This document shows positions 10,353 to 19,342 of a stretch of 64,000 bases of DNA, one piece after another (the first letter of the stretch is position 1; each line of letters starts with the position of its first letter). The stretch is from a virus: IMG/VR virus record IMGVR_UViG_3300046168_000072, positions 32,001 to 96,000 of that record. One strand, written 5' to 3'. The notes under the pieces were generated by a model. That model saw only the letters and a program-made list of their open reading frames with translations, was not told the origin of the DNA and made no database searches. Position numbers and translations under genes: made by a program.

Positions 10353-11109
10353 AATCTAAATAACTTTCAAAACAAAATTCGGGGCTAGCACAATGATCTA
10401 AATTTGGCATATCTAAGCTTCTCGCTTTGTTGGAAAAACTTCTGTTGCAAATGCATTTATAAGTTTGATACGCTTCAAAGTCTTCTCGCTTTTCGTAATA
10501 AATACTTTTTACTTTTTGCATTTCAAAATCATTAGCTTTGCAATAATTTTTAATTAAATCTTGCAATACAATGTCAAATGGCAATTGATTATCTTCTATG
10601 AGATAAACAGGTTCAAAAAATGAATCATCTAGCATGCATGGCTGTTTATAAGAAAATGAATTATGAAAAAGATAGGAATCATAAAAAGGTATAGCGATTT
10701 TTAAATCCTTATCATTATAAAATGTTTTTAATGTAGCAAAATCTATCTTTCCATTGCCTTCGGTAAAGGCTTTGCTGTAAATTTTATTCAATAATATGCA
10801 GCCGCTAGTATTATTTGCAAATATAACGACCTTATGAATACACATCGGATTTTTCTTGTCAGGAATGATCGACATATCATCACAGACACTCATCCGTAAA
10901 CCAAATACCAACTGTAGCCCCAACGCATCGGATTGTTTTTTAGCTTCAAGAAATCCAATTAAAGAGTCTTCGACTAAAACGACTTTACTAAGCTTGTGCT
11001 TTTTGGCAATATCAAAGACGCTTACTGCGCCCCCATCATCTTCAGAGGGAGAGTTTAATGTTAAGATGCTCTTGCCTATACTATAGTGAGACTTAAATAA
11101 TGGAAGCAT
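10339..11109 (-). CDS. Stand-alone PHP domain of Pol III alpha (N-terminal part of split DnaE)
   Basis: SHYSIGKSIL, ED..L.GF, VFGL, A.N..G...L.KIYS resemble the DnaE PHP N-terminus with degenerate metal ligands. Confidence 0.75.
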   Translation of the reverse strand: MLPLFKSHYSIGKSILTLNSPSEDDGGAVSVFDIAKKHKLSKVVLVEDSLIGFLEAKKQSDALGLQLVFGLRMSVCDDMSIIPDKKNPMCIHKVVIFANNTSGCILLNKIYSKAFTEGNGKIDFATLKTFYNDKDLKIAIPFYDSYLFHNSFSYKQPCMLDDSFFEPVYLIEDNQLPFDIVLQDLIKNYCKANDFEMQKVKSIYYEKREDFEAYQTYKCICNRSFSNKARSLDMPNLDHCASPEFCFESYLDYESV

Positions 11110-11115
11110 ACGAAT

Positions 11116-11144
11116 ATACTACCAAAAATGATTGCTAAAGTCAA
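11116..11144 (-). promoter_or_regulatory. sigma70-type promoter (leaderless) heading PHP-guaC-dnaQ-dnaE
   Basis: TTGACT-N17-TAGTAT with extended TG, ATG 6 nt downstream. Confidence 0.7.
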
Positions 11145-11178
11145 GATTTAAATCAGAAATCTTGCCTTTGAAGAGGTA

Positions 11179-11904
11179 TTAATCTTCTTTTTTCTTCTTG
11201 CTTGATTCTTGAGCTTTCTTAAGAGCTTTTGGATCAGGGTAATCTTTGTCGCCTGGTTTTGCTGGCTTGTAATCCTTGCCCATCCTTTTCTTTTTCTTAC
11301 GAATGTTTTCCCAAAGACCAGGTTTAGAGGCGTCAGACTCTTCATGATCATCCTCACACATAGCTTCGCTATTTTCATCTTCTTGTTTTTCTGAACTTTT
11401 TTTGTCTGAATCTTTTTTATCGCCAGATTTCTTTTTCTTTTTCTTTTCTTCAATCTTTTTTTGCAAAGCAGGAGGTAATTTTTTTTGTTCTTTGCTTAGT
11501 TCAGCTTCTGATTCATCAAGCAATTCAATCAATTCATCATCCGATATTTCAGAGCCCTTAGTCACATTAGTCACGCTTTTTTTCGACCACATTTTGCAGG
11601 ACCAATAGCGCGCTTTCCACTTTGGACCAGGATTTTCACAGTTGTGACGAGCTCTAAAACTTTTACGGCGAGCAGGATCATCACGTTTAATCTCCATGTT
11701 TGGATCTCCAAAGTTCACTTTGACCACATTACCTTTTTCGTTTTTGACATAAACAGAAAATTTCTTGGGCCCGCCCGATGTTCTAAAAGGCTTATTTAGT
11801 TTTTTACCTTTGGTTTTTTCAGCAGCCCAAGCTTCATTTGTTATAGTCTCTTCAAAACCTTCTGGTTTTTGTAAATTAATTTGTTTAGAAAAATCGAGTT
11901 CCAT
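11179..11904 (-). CDS. Conserved phage protein (possible virion-internal or DNA-binding)
   Basis: KVNFGDPNMEIKRDDPARRKSFRARHNC...ARYWSC and GLWENIRKK...PGDKDYP modules, which recur in large phage genomes; very Lys-rich. Confidence 0.7.
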   Translation of the reverse strand: MELDFSKQINLQKPEGFEETITNEAWAAEKTKGKKLNKPFRTSGGPKKFSVYVKNEKGNVVKVNFGDPNMEIKRDDPARRKSFRARHNCENPGPKWKARYWSCKMWSKKSVTNVTKGSEISDDELIELLDESEAELSKEQKKLPPALQKKIEEKKKKKKSGDKKDSDKKSSEKQEDENSEAMCEDDHEESDASKPGLWENIRKKKKRMGKDYKPAKPGDKDYPDPKALKKAQESSKKKKED

Positions 11905-11912
11905 GTTTTTAT

Positions 11913-12302
11913 TTACACTATATTTTTGTATTTTAGAATTAAATTCACAAGTTTTTCATCAATTTTATATGGAAAAGAATCTAATGTATTGAGATCAAAC
12001 CATCCATACTCAGTATGTTCAAAATTTAGATCAGGATAAACAAGTTCATCAAAGCTAGTTCCGTAAAGAGTAAAGTCTTTTATTTGGCCAATTAGTTCTA
12101 ACGGGCTTTCAATAGTTAATTTAGACTCTTCAAACAACTCTCTCTCTGCTGCATCTTGTGGAGTTTCGTTCTCTTCTATACTGCCTGCAAATACAGCCCA
12201 ATAGCCTGGCAAGGAACATAACTCTCCTTTGTAAAATTCAATTCTCTTGGCTAACAGTATATTGTTGCCGTGAAATACCGCTACTCCTGCTGACTTGCTC
12301 AT
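11913..12302 (-). CDS. Nudix hydrolase
   Basis: Nudix box GSIEENETPQDAAERELFEES; EHTEYGW. Confidence 0.9.
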   Translation of the reverse strand: MSKSAGVAVFHGNNILLAKRIEFYKGELCSLPGYWAVFAGSIEENETPQDAAERELFEESKLTIESPLELIGQIKDFTLYGTSFDELVYPDLNFEHTEYGWFDLNTLDSFPYKIDEKLVNLILKYKNIV

Positions 12303-13393
12303 AATGTGAATTCGTCTTCTATTTCTTCATCGTTTGAATATTGATTGTGCCTTGGGCATCCATTATACTTCATCTTCTCTATTGTATATCCCTCTTGCAA
12401 TTTTTCAATTAAAGAATCTTTATCATCTAAATATGCACTACCTTTTGGATTACCATCTTCGTCTTTAAGTAACCAGTACTCAAAACTAAACTTAAAAGCG
12501 CAATGCCATTTTGGGTTGCCATCTTTTTTAAGCTCTCCTGGATATGTAGCGAAACCACATTGCAACCTATCACAAAAACCAGAGCCAGAAGGGGGAAAAC
12601 CTCTATCGTAAGCATAATTCTCTTTAGCATTATCCTCATCAAAGTTATCTATGTAATTTTGCCACTCAGTTAATTCATACTCAAAACCTTCAAGCTCTTC
12701 ATTTGATAAAGGACGCATTTCAAGAACGCCCTCTCCTGATTCACCTAAGAGGTCATTCCCTAAATCAAACTTTAAAAATATAAACTCACATTGGCGCTGA
12801 TTGTATTCTGGAAACATTGTTTTTGTAGCAAGAGAATAAAATAAATCCTGCAAATTATTATCCACTTCGCTTCCTTTAAAAACTTCTTTACTTGTTTTAA
12901 AATCTCGAATTAATGCAACGCCTTGTTTTTTATAAAGAAATAACTTATCAATAAATCCATTAATGTGATAGCGCTTCTCTCCTTCATCAACGATGATATC
13001 AAATTTTTTCTCTGAATATTCTTTAGAAACCTTCCCTATTTTATCGCCAAAATAATCATACTCTAATCCATTTAGGGTCATGCTTTTTATCAAATCCATG
13101 TTTTCTGGATCATCAACGTTCAATTTATTGGCCCAAATCTCAACTAATTTTTTAACAGAAGGCACGGCAAAAATATCTTGAGACTTAATCACTTTATTGT
13201 AATATTTTTTTCGCTTGGGAATGCATAAAAGCTCAAGAACCAAATGACATATTGTTCCTCGAGAAGCGCCGTCGTTAGATAAATCTGGAAGCTTGAGTTT
13301 GTATTTGCACCAATATTTCCACGAGCATTCTTTCGCGGTTTTGATTCTACTGGCGGAAAGCCTTGTCATTTCAGGGTCAGACATTTTCTTCAA
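12299..13393 (-). CDS. PD-(D/E)XK exonuclease (Cas4/AddB-like)
   Basis: LSASRI...C, GTICH, GFIDKL, IRDFKTSK, Q..FY, C-terminal cysteines. Confidence 0.85.
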   Translation of the reverse strand: MKKMSDPEMTRLSASRIKTAKECSWKYWCKYKLKLPDLSNDGASRGTICHLVLELLCIPKRKKYYNKVIKSQDIFAVPSVKKLVEIWANKLNVDDPENMDLIKSMTLNGLEYDYFGDKIGKVSKEYSEKKFDIIVDEGEKRYHINGFIDKLFLYKKQGVALIRDFKTSKEVFKGSEVDNNLQDLFYSLATKTMFPEYNQRQCEFIFLKFDLGNDLLGESGEGVLEMRPLSNEELEGFEYELTEWQNYIDNFDEDNAKENYAYDRGFPPSGSGFCDRLQCGFATYPGELKKDGNPKWHCAFKFSFEYWLLKDEDGNPKGSAYLDDKDSLIEKLQEGYTIEKMKYNGCPRHNQYSNDEEIEDEFTL

Positions 13394-14450
13394 TTATTTT
13401 AATGTTATTGGCAAGTTCTTTTGAAAGTAAACCCTGTTCTTTCATCTTATTGGCAAAAGATAGAATTTGTGACGCTCGATTTTTAAGCTCGCAATTGCAT
13501 TTATTATTCCATTCGGTAAAATCTTTAGCCTTCATTTCTCCAAAATCAGTTTTAGTAGGTAGGCATATAAAGAGTTTATCGAAGTCAAAATGATTTAGTA
13601 ACTTTAAGTAATTTTTAATTGCTCCTCTTGCGCCTCGATTTTCTTTTTTATCGTAGTCGTTATTGAACGATATTATTATACGGTCTACATCTAAAGAAAT
13701 CAAGTGGCATAACAATTTAGATGATATACTTAAACCAAAAGACACTAATGCATTATGAAAATTATGCTGATGCAAACTTAATAAATCACCAATACTTTCG
13801 GCAATAATAACCGATTTAGAATCTTCAATGGCTTGAGGGACATTTAAAGTATCAGTAATAGGAACATAGTAAGGATAAATCCAATTAGTTTTTCTACCAA
13901 TGTGCTTCCATTTAGGAACATTTTCTCTTTGAGCCATGTCTCTACCTGAAAAACCATGTATTCTGCCATCTAAGTTATAAATGGGGAAAACAAATCTTTG
14001 ATACATCTGACCCTGAGTGGCAAGGCCTCCGCGTAAAGAAGCAAGCGTTTCAGTCTTGATACCTTTTTGATTATAAAATTCATAATGAGGAAATAAATCT
14101 TCCAGCATTGATTCTTCATATACTTTTTCCATATCGAGTCTATCTTCCTGAGTAAAGGTTTTGGGTTGAGGATTATGATAGTCAATTGAAATATACTTAT
14201 CAATAATTGACTTGTCGTTTGAACCAAAGTGAACTTCAAGCAACTTGACAAAAGGTAACGCAGTAGTGCCTTCAACAAAATCGCGCCAAACCCCACTATT
14301 TTTCCAGATTTGAAGAGCAGTTTGATTATCTCCATTTCTATACGCAGCATTAGCATGCCAGTATTTACCCCTGTCAGTTAAATTATAACCGAGCTCCTGT
14401 AAAATTTCCTGAATCCTATCAGGAGATAAATTATAAGTCGAAATCGCCAT
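13377..14450 (-). CDS. dnaG: DnaG-like DNA primase
   Basis: RFVFPIYNLDG.I.GFSGR, KW, Toprim AESIGD, FNND, DFGE; coupled to helicase. Confidence 0.82.
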   Translation of the reverse strand: MAISTYNLSPDRIQEILQELGYNLTDRGKYWHANAAYRNGDNQTALQIWKNSGVWRDFVEGTTALPFVKLLEVHFGSNDKSIIDKYISIDYHNPQPKTFTQEDRLDMEKVYEESMLEDLFPHYEFYNQKGIKTETLASLRGGLATQGQMYQRFVFPIYNLDGRIHGFSGRDMAQRENVPKWKHIGRKTNWIYPYYVPITDTLNVPQAIEDSKSVIIAESIGDLLSLHQHNFHNALVSFGLSISSKLLCHLISLDVDRIIISFNNDYDKKENRGARGAIKNYLKLLNHFDFDKLFICLPTKTDFGEMKAKDFTEWNNKCNCELKNRASQILSFANKMKEQGLLSKELANNIKIIEENV

Positions 14451-16011
14451 CTTGATCAGGGGTTAAACCATTCACTCTCATTTGTTCAGCCATGTCACGT
14501 AGATCTCCAATTTCTTCTACTCCAAAGTTATCCATTCTTAAAAAAATACAGTTCTGCTCTGGCCTATCATTGCCAACAGCCTGACCATCGTCACCAATCG
14601 CAGGTATAAGTACTGGCTCTGAAGCTCGCAGCCTATCCTCTCCAAGATGCCGATTTTTGATACATTTTAAGCGATGAGTTGCGCGAGCATAGGCGTCAGG
14701 TTCAATCTGTAATTCCCGTGGAAGTCGCGGTCTTAAAATAAACAAATGAGATGCAAATTGAGTAATCTGATCAGATAAAGACACAATACTTTCATCATCG
14801 ACAATTGCATCTGGATGACGATTTGCAGTGATACCCGAACGATTACTTTGAACGCTCGTAATCATGCTTATTACTGGTCTACCATTATGGGTAATTTCTT
14901 TATGAATCATATTCTTGCATTTGTCAACAAAATCAGCTACAAATTGCCATGAAGCTTTGTTTTGATCATTTTGATTGGTGGCTTTAATGTAGTCATAACT
15001 AAACAACATATTATTACCTCGGCCAATTTGAGAATAGTAATATCTTTTTGCTATCTGCAGCATCTCATCACAACTCAAGCCTCCAACATTGTAATAATCA
15101 AAGCGCATACCTTTAGCGTACTCAAAAGCTTTATAAACTTTTTCACGAGTCTGCTCTTCAGAAACCTCTTGTCTAGTAATTGGATCAATGTAACTAGAAC
15201 TCCTCCATTTTCCACTCTCAATCAAATACATTGGCACTCCAGAAATTGCGGAACATTGGCGCATTTGAAGTTCAAGCTTACTCATTTCTCCATTATCAAA
15301 ATGCAAAACAGGCAAGCCATGCTCTTTAGACATTTTAGTTACAAAGTCTATACAAAATGTTGTTTTACCAACACCTGTCCTTGCGCAAATAACAGTTATA
15401 TTTCCTGGTCTTGCTAAAGATCCATACATACTGTTTGTACGAGGCATATGAGGAGCAAGAAAGCCTGGGTCTCTTGGGTTATCAGCTAAATCTTCAATGA
15501 CATCTGATAGATCATCGTAAATATTCTCAGGCTTGACATCTTCTTTACACAGCAGATTAATTTTATCGTTATACAACTTATCATACTTTCGAACAACTTC
15601 TGTTAAGTTAGGATTTCCATCATTTTTAATCTCAGAAGATATCTCTTCGCAGATTTCCCTAATACCCCTCTTTGCGGAAAGGTTTTTTAATTCTTTGGAT
15701 ATTTCAACAACAGCTTTAGCGGAAACCTTCTTTAACAAAAGAGAGCGAACATAATCTCCCACATCAATATTATCGACGAATGATATGTTTGCGGCTTTTA
15801 GCCGTTCAATAATAACAACATCATCTAAAGCTTCTGCTTTTCCATTAGACAGTATATTTTTAATGACTCTGAATATAGTTCTATGCACAAAACTACCATT
15901 CTGAACAAAAAAATCATTCTCATCAATTAACCCCGCAATATCACCATATGAATTTGGATACTGCATTAAACACGATAATAGCTGTTTTTCCAGCTCTTTT
16001 GAATTTAACAT
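14431..16011 (-). CDS. dnaB: Replicative DnaB-type helicase (start corrected to ATG 16011)
   Basis: N-terminal ELEKQLL...DF, Walker A ARTGVGKT, EMS, DYI, Q.NR, KNR. Confidence 0.88.
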   Translation of the reverse strand: MLNSKELEKQLLSCLMQYPNSYGDIAGLIDENDFFVQNGSFVHRTIFRVIKNILSNGKAEALDDVVIIERLKAANISFVDNIDVGDYVRSLLLKKVSAKAVVEISKELKNLSAKRGIREICEEISSEIKNDGNPNLTEVVRKYDKLYNDKINLLCKEDVKPENIYDDLSDVIEDLADNPRDPGFLAPHMPRTNSMYGSLARPGNITVICARTGVGKTTFCIDFVTKMSKEHGLPVLHFDNGEMSKLELQMRQCSAISGVPMYLIESGKWRSSSYIDPITRQEVSEEQTREKVYKAFEYAKGMRFDYYNVGGLSCDEMLQIAKRYYYSQIGRGNNMLFSYDYIKATNQNDQNKASWQFVADFVDKCKNMIHKEITHNGRPVISMITSVQSNRSGITANRHPDAIVDDESIVSLSDQITQFASHLFILRPRLPRELQIEPDAYARATHRLKCIKNRHLGEDRLRASEPVLIPAIGDDGQAVGNDRPEQNCIFLRMDNFGVEEIGDLRDMAEQMRVNGLTPDQDGDFDL

Positions 16012-16016
16012 ACCGA

Positions 16017-16045
16017 ATGTTAACAAATTAAACTGTAAAAGTCAA
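16017..16045 (-). promoter_or_regulatory. sigma70-type promoter (leaderless) for dnaB-dnaG
   Basis: TTGACT-N17-TAACAT with extended TG, ATG 5 nt downstream. Confidence 0.65.
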
Positions 16046-16052
16046 GAAAATA

Positions 16053-16316
16053 CTACAAAGATTCGTCGCCTCTATTATATAACTCTGATTCTTCTATCTG
16101 AATGATATATTTTTCGAGAGCTTTTCTGAGTCCCATATCTATGATTTCATTATCAGTTTTTGTATAGACCATAGGAGAGCCATCTTGATTAACGAAAGCT
16201 AAAATGAAACCCCGATTGCCATCAGTAGATCCAGAAAAATCAAACAATTGTTTCAAGAAGGATTCTGGCAAAACAAAATTAGGTAGATCATCATGATTAA
16301 AATCATTTTCGTCCAT
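16053..16316 (-). CDS. Hypothetical protein
   Basis: 87 aa ORF preceded by GTGTAA motif. Confidence 0.65.
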   Translation of the reverse strand: MDENDFNHDDLPNFVLPESFLKQLFDFSGSTDGNRGFILAFVNQDGSPMVYTKTDNEIIDMGLRKALEKYIIQIEESELYNRGDESL

Positions 16317-16335
16317 ATCAATATATTACACGCAA

Positions 16336-16761
16336 TTATAGGTAAACACCTAAATTAGCAAATGTCTTTTTATTTAGTTCATGTTTAATAGACCCAGTTT
16401 TATTCGCATATATCTCAACCAAAATTATATCATTTAGTTCACAAAAGTCCCTTTTTTGTTGGTCCCTTCTGATATGACTTATGAATCCTGCTCTTCGTTT
16501 ATGAAAGAAAGGAGTGTATTGATCATGCTGTTTGCCATGAATTTCGACAGCGACTTTTTTATTCGCGTTATAAAAATCAAAATTTAAGCGAGAACCAGCA
16601 ACAGGAAACTCTTCAAATACAATGTGATTAGACCAATACTTTTGCAAGAATTGCTTGGCTTCAAATTGAATATTACTTTTGCTTTTTGCCGCCCAATCAA
16701 TAAGATATTTTTTCGCACGAGTCACTCTTTTTTCAGAACCCGTTAAAGTTTTAAAAATCAT
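16336..16761 (-). CDS. PD-(D/E)XK endonuclease (Vsr/DUF559-like)
   Basis: FDFY....VAVEIHGKQH...RD..K..FC..N.I motif. Confidence 0.75.
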   Translation of the reverse strand: MIFKTLTGSEKRVTRAKKYLIDWAAKSKSNIQFEAKQFLQKYWSNHIVFEEFPVAGSRLNFDFYNANKKVAVEIHGKQHDQYTPFFHKRRAGFISHIRRDQQKRDFCELNDIILVEIYANKTGSIKHELNKKTFANLGVYL

Positions 16762-16764
16762 CGA

Positions 16765-17868
16765 TTATTGACAAACAACATTTTTAAAATAAGCCCCCAA
16801 AAACTTACTTAACTTTTCATTCTCTTCAAGTAAGGCGCTTAGTTTAGCTTCTCCTTGTATTTTCTCTGGAAACTCCAGTTCATTTTCTTTAAGCAGCTCA
16901 ATAAAAGATTCGTCAGCCGTGATCCAAGCACCTCGTTTATGGATGTATTCCCAGCCATATAGCATATCAATAATCTCTTTCTCAATCCATATAGAATTTC
17001 CTTCATTTCTACCGTACCGAATAGGATACTGAAGCATATAATTAGTTTTTTCATTGGGAGATTTTTTGACTGTAATTTTGGCATGATGTCCCAAAATCTT
17101 ATTTTTATCTTTGTCAACAGGTTGAGTAGGATTCTCAAGAATCAGGTCTTTTTTATGGCGCGCTTCAAACTCAAGAATATAATTTGCAAAATGCAGAAGT
17201 GCATTGCCTCCTGTTGCGCTTGTTTGACGAATCGGAGCTTTTGTATAAGGATCTAATTTAATATCCGCTCTTACTTGAGATATAAAAATTGCCATGTGAC
17301 CACGTTTGGCTAATGCGATACTCATCTTTTGCATAAATTTTGCTCCAAGCAATGCGCCTCCCGCTACTTTATGAGCGTCTTGAAAATCTTTTTTGAGATC
17401 TTCCTTCATGATTAATCCATCAAGAGAGTCAAGGATAAAGCAATATTTTGTTTTATTTTCATTGTCCCCTACAAGAGCGCGCATTAGATCAAGAACTGTT
17501 TCATAGATATTACTTTCAAAAACAAAGCAATTTCCATCATTCCATTTTTCTTCTTCAGTCGTAAAAGAAACGCCGCTTCTTTCTCTCATTTCTTTGGATA
17601 ATCTGCCTTCGGCTTTAATATAAAGACCTCTAGAATTTTTCATTGAAAGAAAGTTCTTCATAACCTCTAAAGCTTCTGAAGTTTTACCTCCTTCATTCAT
17701 GCCGACAAAGCGGTGGAGGCCTGGGCCAAACCCACCTCCTAATTCAAAATCAACATTCAAGCTTCCACTGGAAACTTTATAGTCAATTTCTTCTTCGTAA
17801 TTATAATGATGATCCTTATTCTCTTTAAGGAACGACTTTAACATATCATTTGCTGTACTCATAATCAA
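16765..17868 (-). CDS. recA: RecA/UvsX-family recombinase
   Basis: SSGSL.VD..LGGG, Walker A GMNEGGKT, ILDS, FISQVR, TGGNAL. Confidence 0.88.
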   Translation of the reverse strand: MIMSTANDMLKSFLKENKDHHYNYEEEIDYKVSSGSLNVDFELGGGFGPGLHRFVGMNEGGKTSEALEVMKNFLSMKNSRGLYIKAEGRLSKEMRERSGVSFTTEEEKWNDGNCFVFESNIYETVLDLMRALVGDNENKTKYCFILDSLDGLIMKEDLKKDFQDAHKVAGGALLGAKFMQKMSIALAKRGHMAIFISQVRADIKLDPYTKAPIRQTSATGGNALLHFANYILEFEARHKKDLILENPTQPVDKDKNKILGHHAKITVKKSPNEKTNYMLQYPIRYGRNEGNSIWIEKEIIDMLYGWEYIHKRGAWITADESFIELLKENELEFPEKIQGEAKLSALLEENEKLSKFLGAYFKNVVCQ

Positions 17869-18413
17869 TAAAAGTCCCAGATATTCTTTTTCTTTTTGTC
17901 TCTGGGTTGTTTGTTTTCGGGTTTATAACTATATTCGAACTTAGTATACTCATCTTCTCTGGTAAAGTCAAGGTATTTTTGATCAATATACTTTTCATTC
18001 TTACCTATATAAAAAAGAATATCATCTTTCGGCTCTCCAAAATCAACAGTTAGCCAGAAATCTAAATTGGGGTATTTTGTAAAAATATTTTTCAGAACTT
18101 TCATTTGTTTTGAATAGCAATGCTTATCCTTTAGACACTTTGCGCTAACTAATCTTTTTAAAATTTTTCTTGAATTATCTGTAAATACAAAAGCATTAAT
18201 AAAGTTATCTATCACTTCTTGAGATAAAGGCTGTTGATCTTCTGTTTTGCTATAGCCTGATTGCCAAGTGCTTTTTTTTAATTTCGTATACCAATTATAC
18301 ACTGTACTTTGTGAATAGCCAAGCTTTAAGCAGCAATCTTTTAATGAAAAAGAGGGGTTTTGTTTCGCAAGATCAGCAATTTCATTTAATAAATTGTTAG
18401 AAATTTTCGGCAT
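17865..18413 (-). CDS. Hypothetical protein with N-terminal HTH-like segment (start corrected to 18413)
   Basis: LKDCCLKLGYSQSTVYNW resembles an HTH. Confidence 0.55.
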   Translation of the reverse strand: MPKISNNLLNEIADLAKQNPSFSLKDCCLKLGYSQSTVYNWYTKLKKSTWQSGYSKTEDQQPLSQEVIDNFINAFVFTDNSRKILKRLVSAKCLKDKHCYSKQMKVLKNIFTKYPNLDFWLTVDFGEPKDDILFYIGKNEKYIDQKYLDFTREDEYTKFEYSYKPENKQPRDKKKKNIWDFY

Positions 18414-18420
18414 TGTTTTA

Positions 18421-18449
18421 ATTTTAACATTTATAATGAAAAAAGTCAA
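18421..18449 (-). promoter_or_regulatory. sigma70-type promoter (leaderless) for recA operon
   Basis: TTGACT-N17-TAAAAT with extended TG, ATG 7 nt downstream. Confidence 0.65.
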
Positions 18450-18472
18450 GCATTTTGTGTATTATAATAGAC

Positions 18473-19279
18473 ATGAATAAACGAAAAATTCTTATAATGG
18501 GACTTCCAGGCTCTGGCAAAACAACTCTTGCAGAAATCTTGGTTCGTAAATTAAACGCTGCATGGTTTAACGCAGACGCTGTTAGGCAAGATATTTATTC
18601 TGAATTAGGATTTTCTCCTCAAGATAGATTAGAGCATGCAAAACGTATGGGCAAGCTTTGCGACTGGGCAAAACTTGGTGGAGGATATGCAATTGCAGAT
18701 TTCGTATGCCCAACTCAAGAGACGCGCCAAGCATTTGATGCAGATTTTGTCATTTGGGTTGATAGAATTTTAGAAGGTAGATATGAAGATACTAATAAAA
18801 TGTTTGAAAAACCATTAAACTATGATGTTAGACTAATCGAAGGAACTGCTGATGAATGGGCAGATAAAGTGTTAGAAAAACTTAATGAAAGTGAAGCATG
18901 GGATAATCAAGCACCAACCGCATTGCTTATCGGAAGATATCAGCCTTTTCATATTGGTCATAAAACATTAGTTGCTGAAGCAGTTAAAAGAACTGGACAA
19001 TGTTGCATTGCTCTAAGGGACGTTGGCGGCATTGACGAGAAAAATCCATATGACTTTGATAAAGTGAAAGCAGAGATTCATTCTGCATGCATTGAATTTG
19101 GTAATAAAATTAAAGTTGTCGAACTCCCAAATATCATGGATGTATTTTATGGTAGAGGTGTTGGGTACAATATTGAACAACTCGAGTTAAGCAAAGAATT
19201 ACAAGAAGTTTCCGCAACCAAAATTAGAGCTGGCGAAATCGGCCAAGACGGAAAACCTTTAGGAAAAAGACCAGAATAA
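18473..19279 (+). CDS. Adenylylsulfate kinase (CysC-like) fused to a HIGH-motif nucleotidyltransferase
   Basis: GLPGSGKTTLA, NADAVR, LGFS..DR and FE.P (APS kinase-like); C-terminal GRYQPFHIGH and SATKIR. Confidence 0.8.
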   Translation: MNKRKILIMGLPGSGKTTLAEILVRKLNAAWFNADAVRQDIYSELGFSPQDRLEHAKRMGKLCDWAKLGGGYAIADFVCPTQETRQAFDADFVIWVDRILEGRYEDTNKMFEKPLNYDVRLIEGTADEWADKVLEKLNESEAWDNQAPTALLIGRYQPFHIGHKTLVAEAVKRTGQCCIALRDVGGIDEKNPYDFDKVKAEIHSACIEFGNKIKVVELPNIMDVFYGRGVGYNIEQLELSKELQEVSATKIRAGEIGQDGKPLGKRPE

Positions 19280-19310
19280 TTGCCGTTAGCTTACGCTAAC
19301 TCTCCAAAGG

Positions 19311-19341
19311 AAAAGCTCCCTAGCAATAGGGAGCTTATTTG
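19311..19341. terminator. Bidirectional intrinsic terminator between convergent genes
   Basis: AAGCTCCCTA-GCAA-TAGGGAGCTT hairpin flanked by A/T tracts. Confidence 0.8.
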
Positions 19342-19342
19342 T

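Noticed and set aside
6158-11109. Split intein or intron joining the DnaE halves
   Set aside because: No intein start/end motifs at the termini, and the intervening genes are intact guaC and dnaQ, not homing endonucleases.
12299-13393. Cas4 as part of a CRISPR-Cas system
   Set aside because: No array or other cas genes; it sits in the replication operon like typical phage exonucleases.
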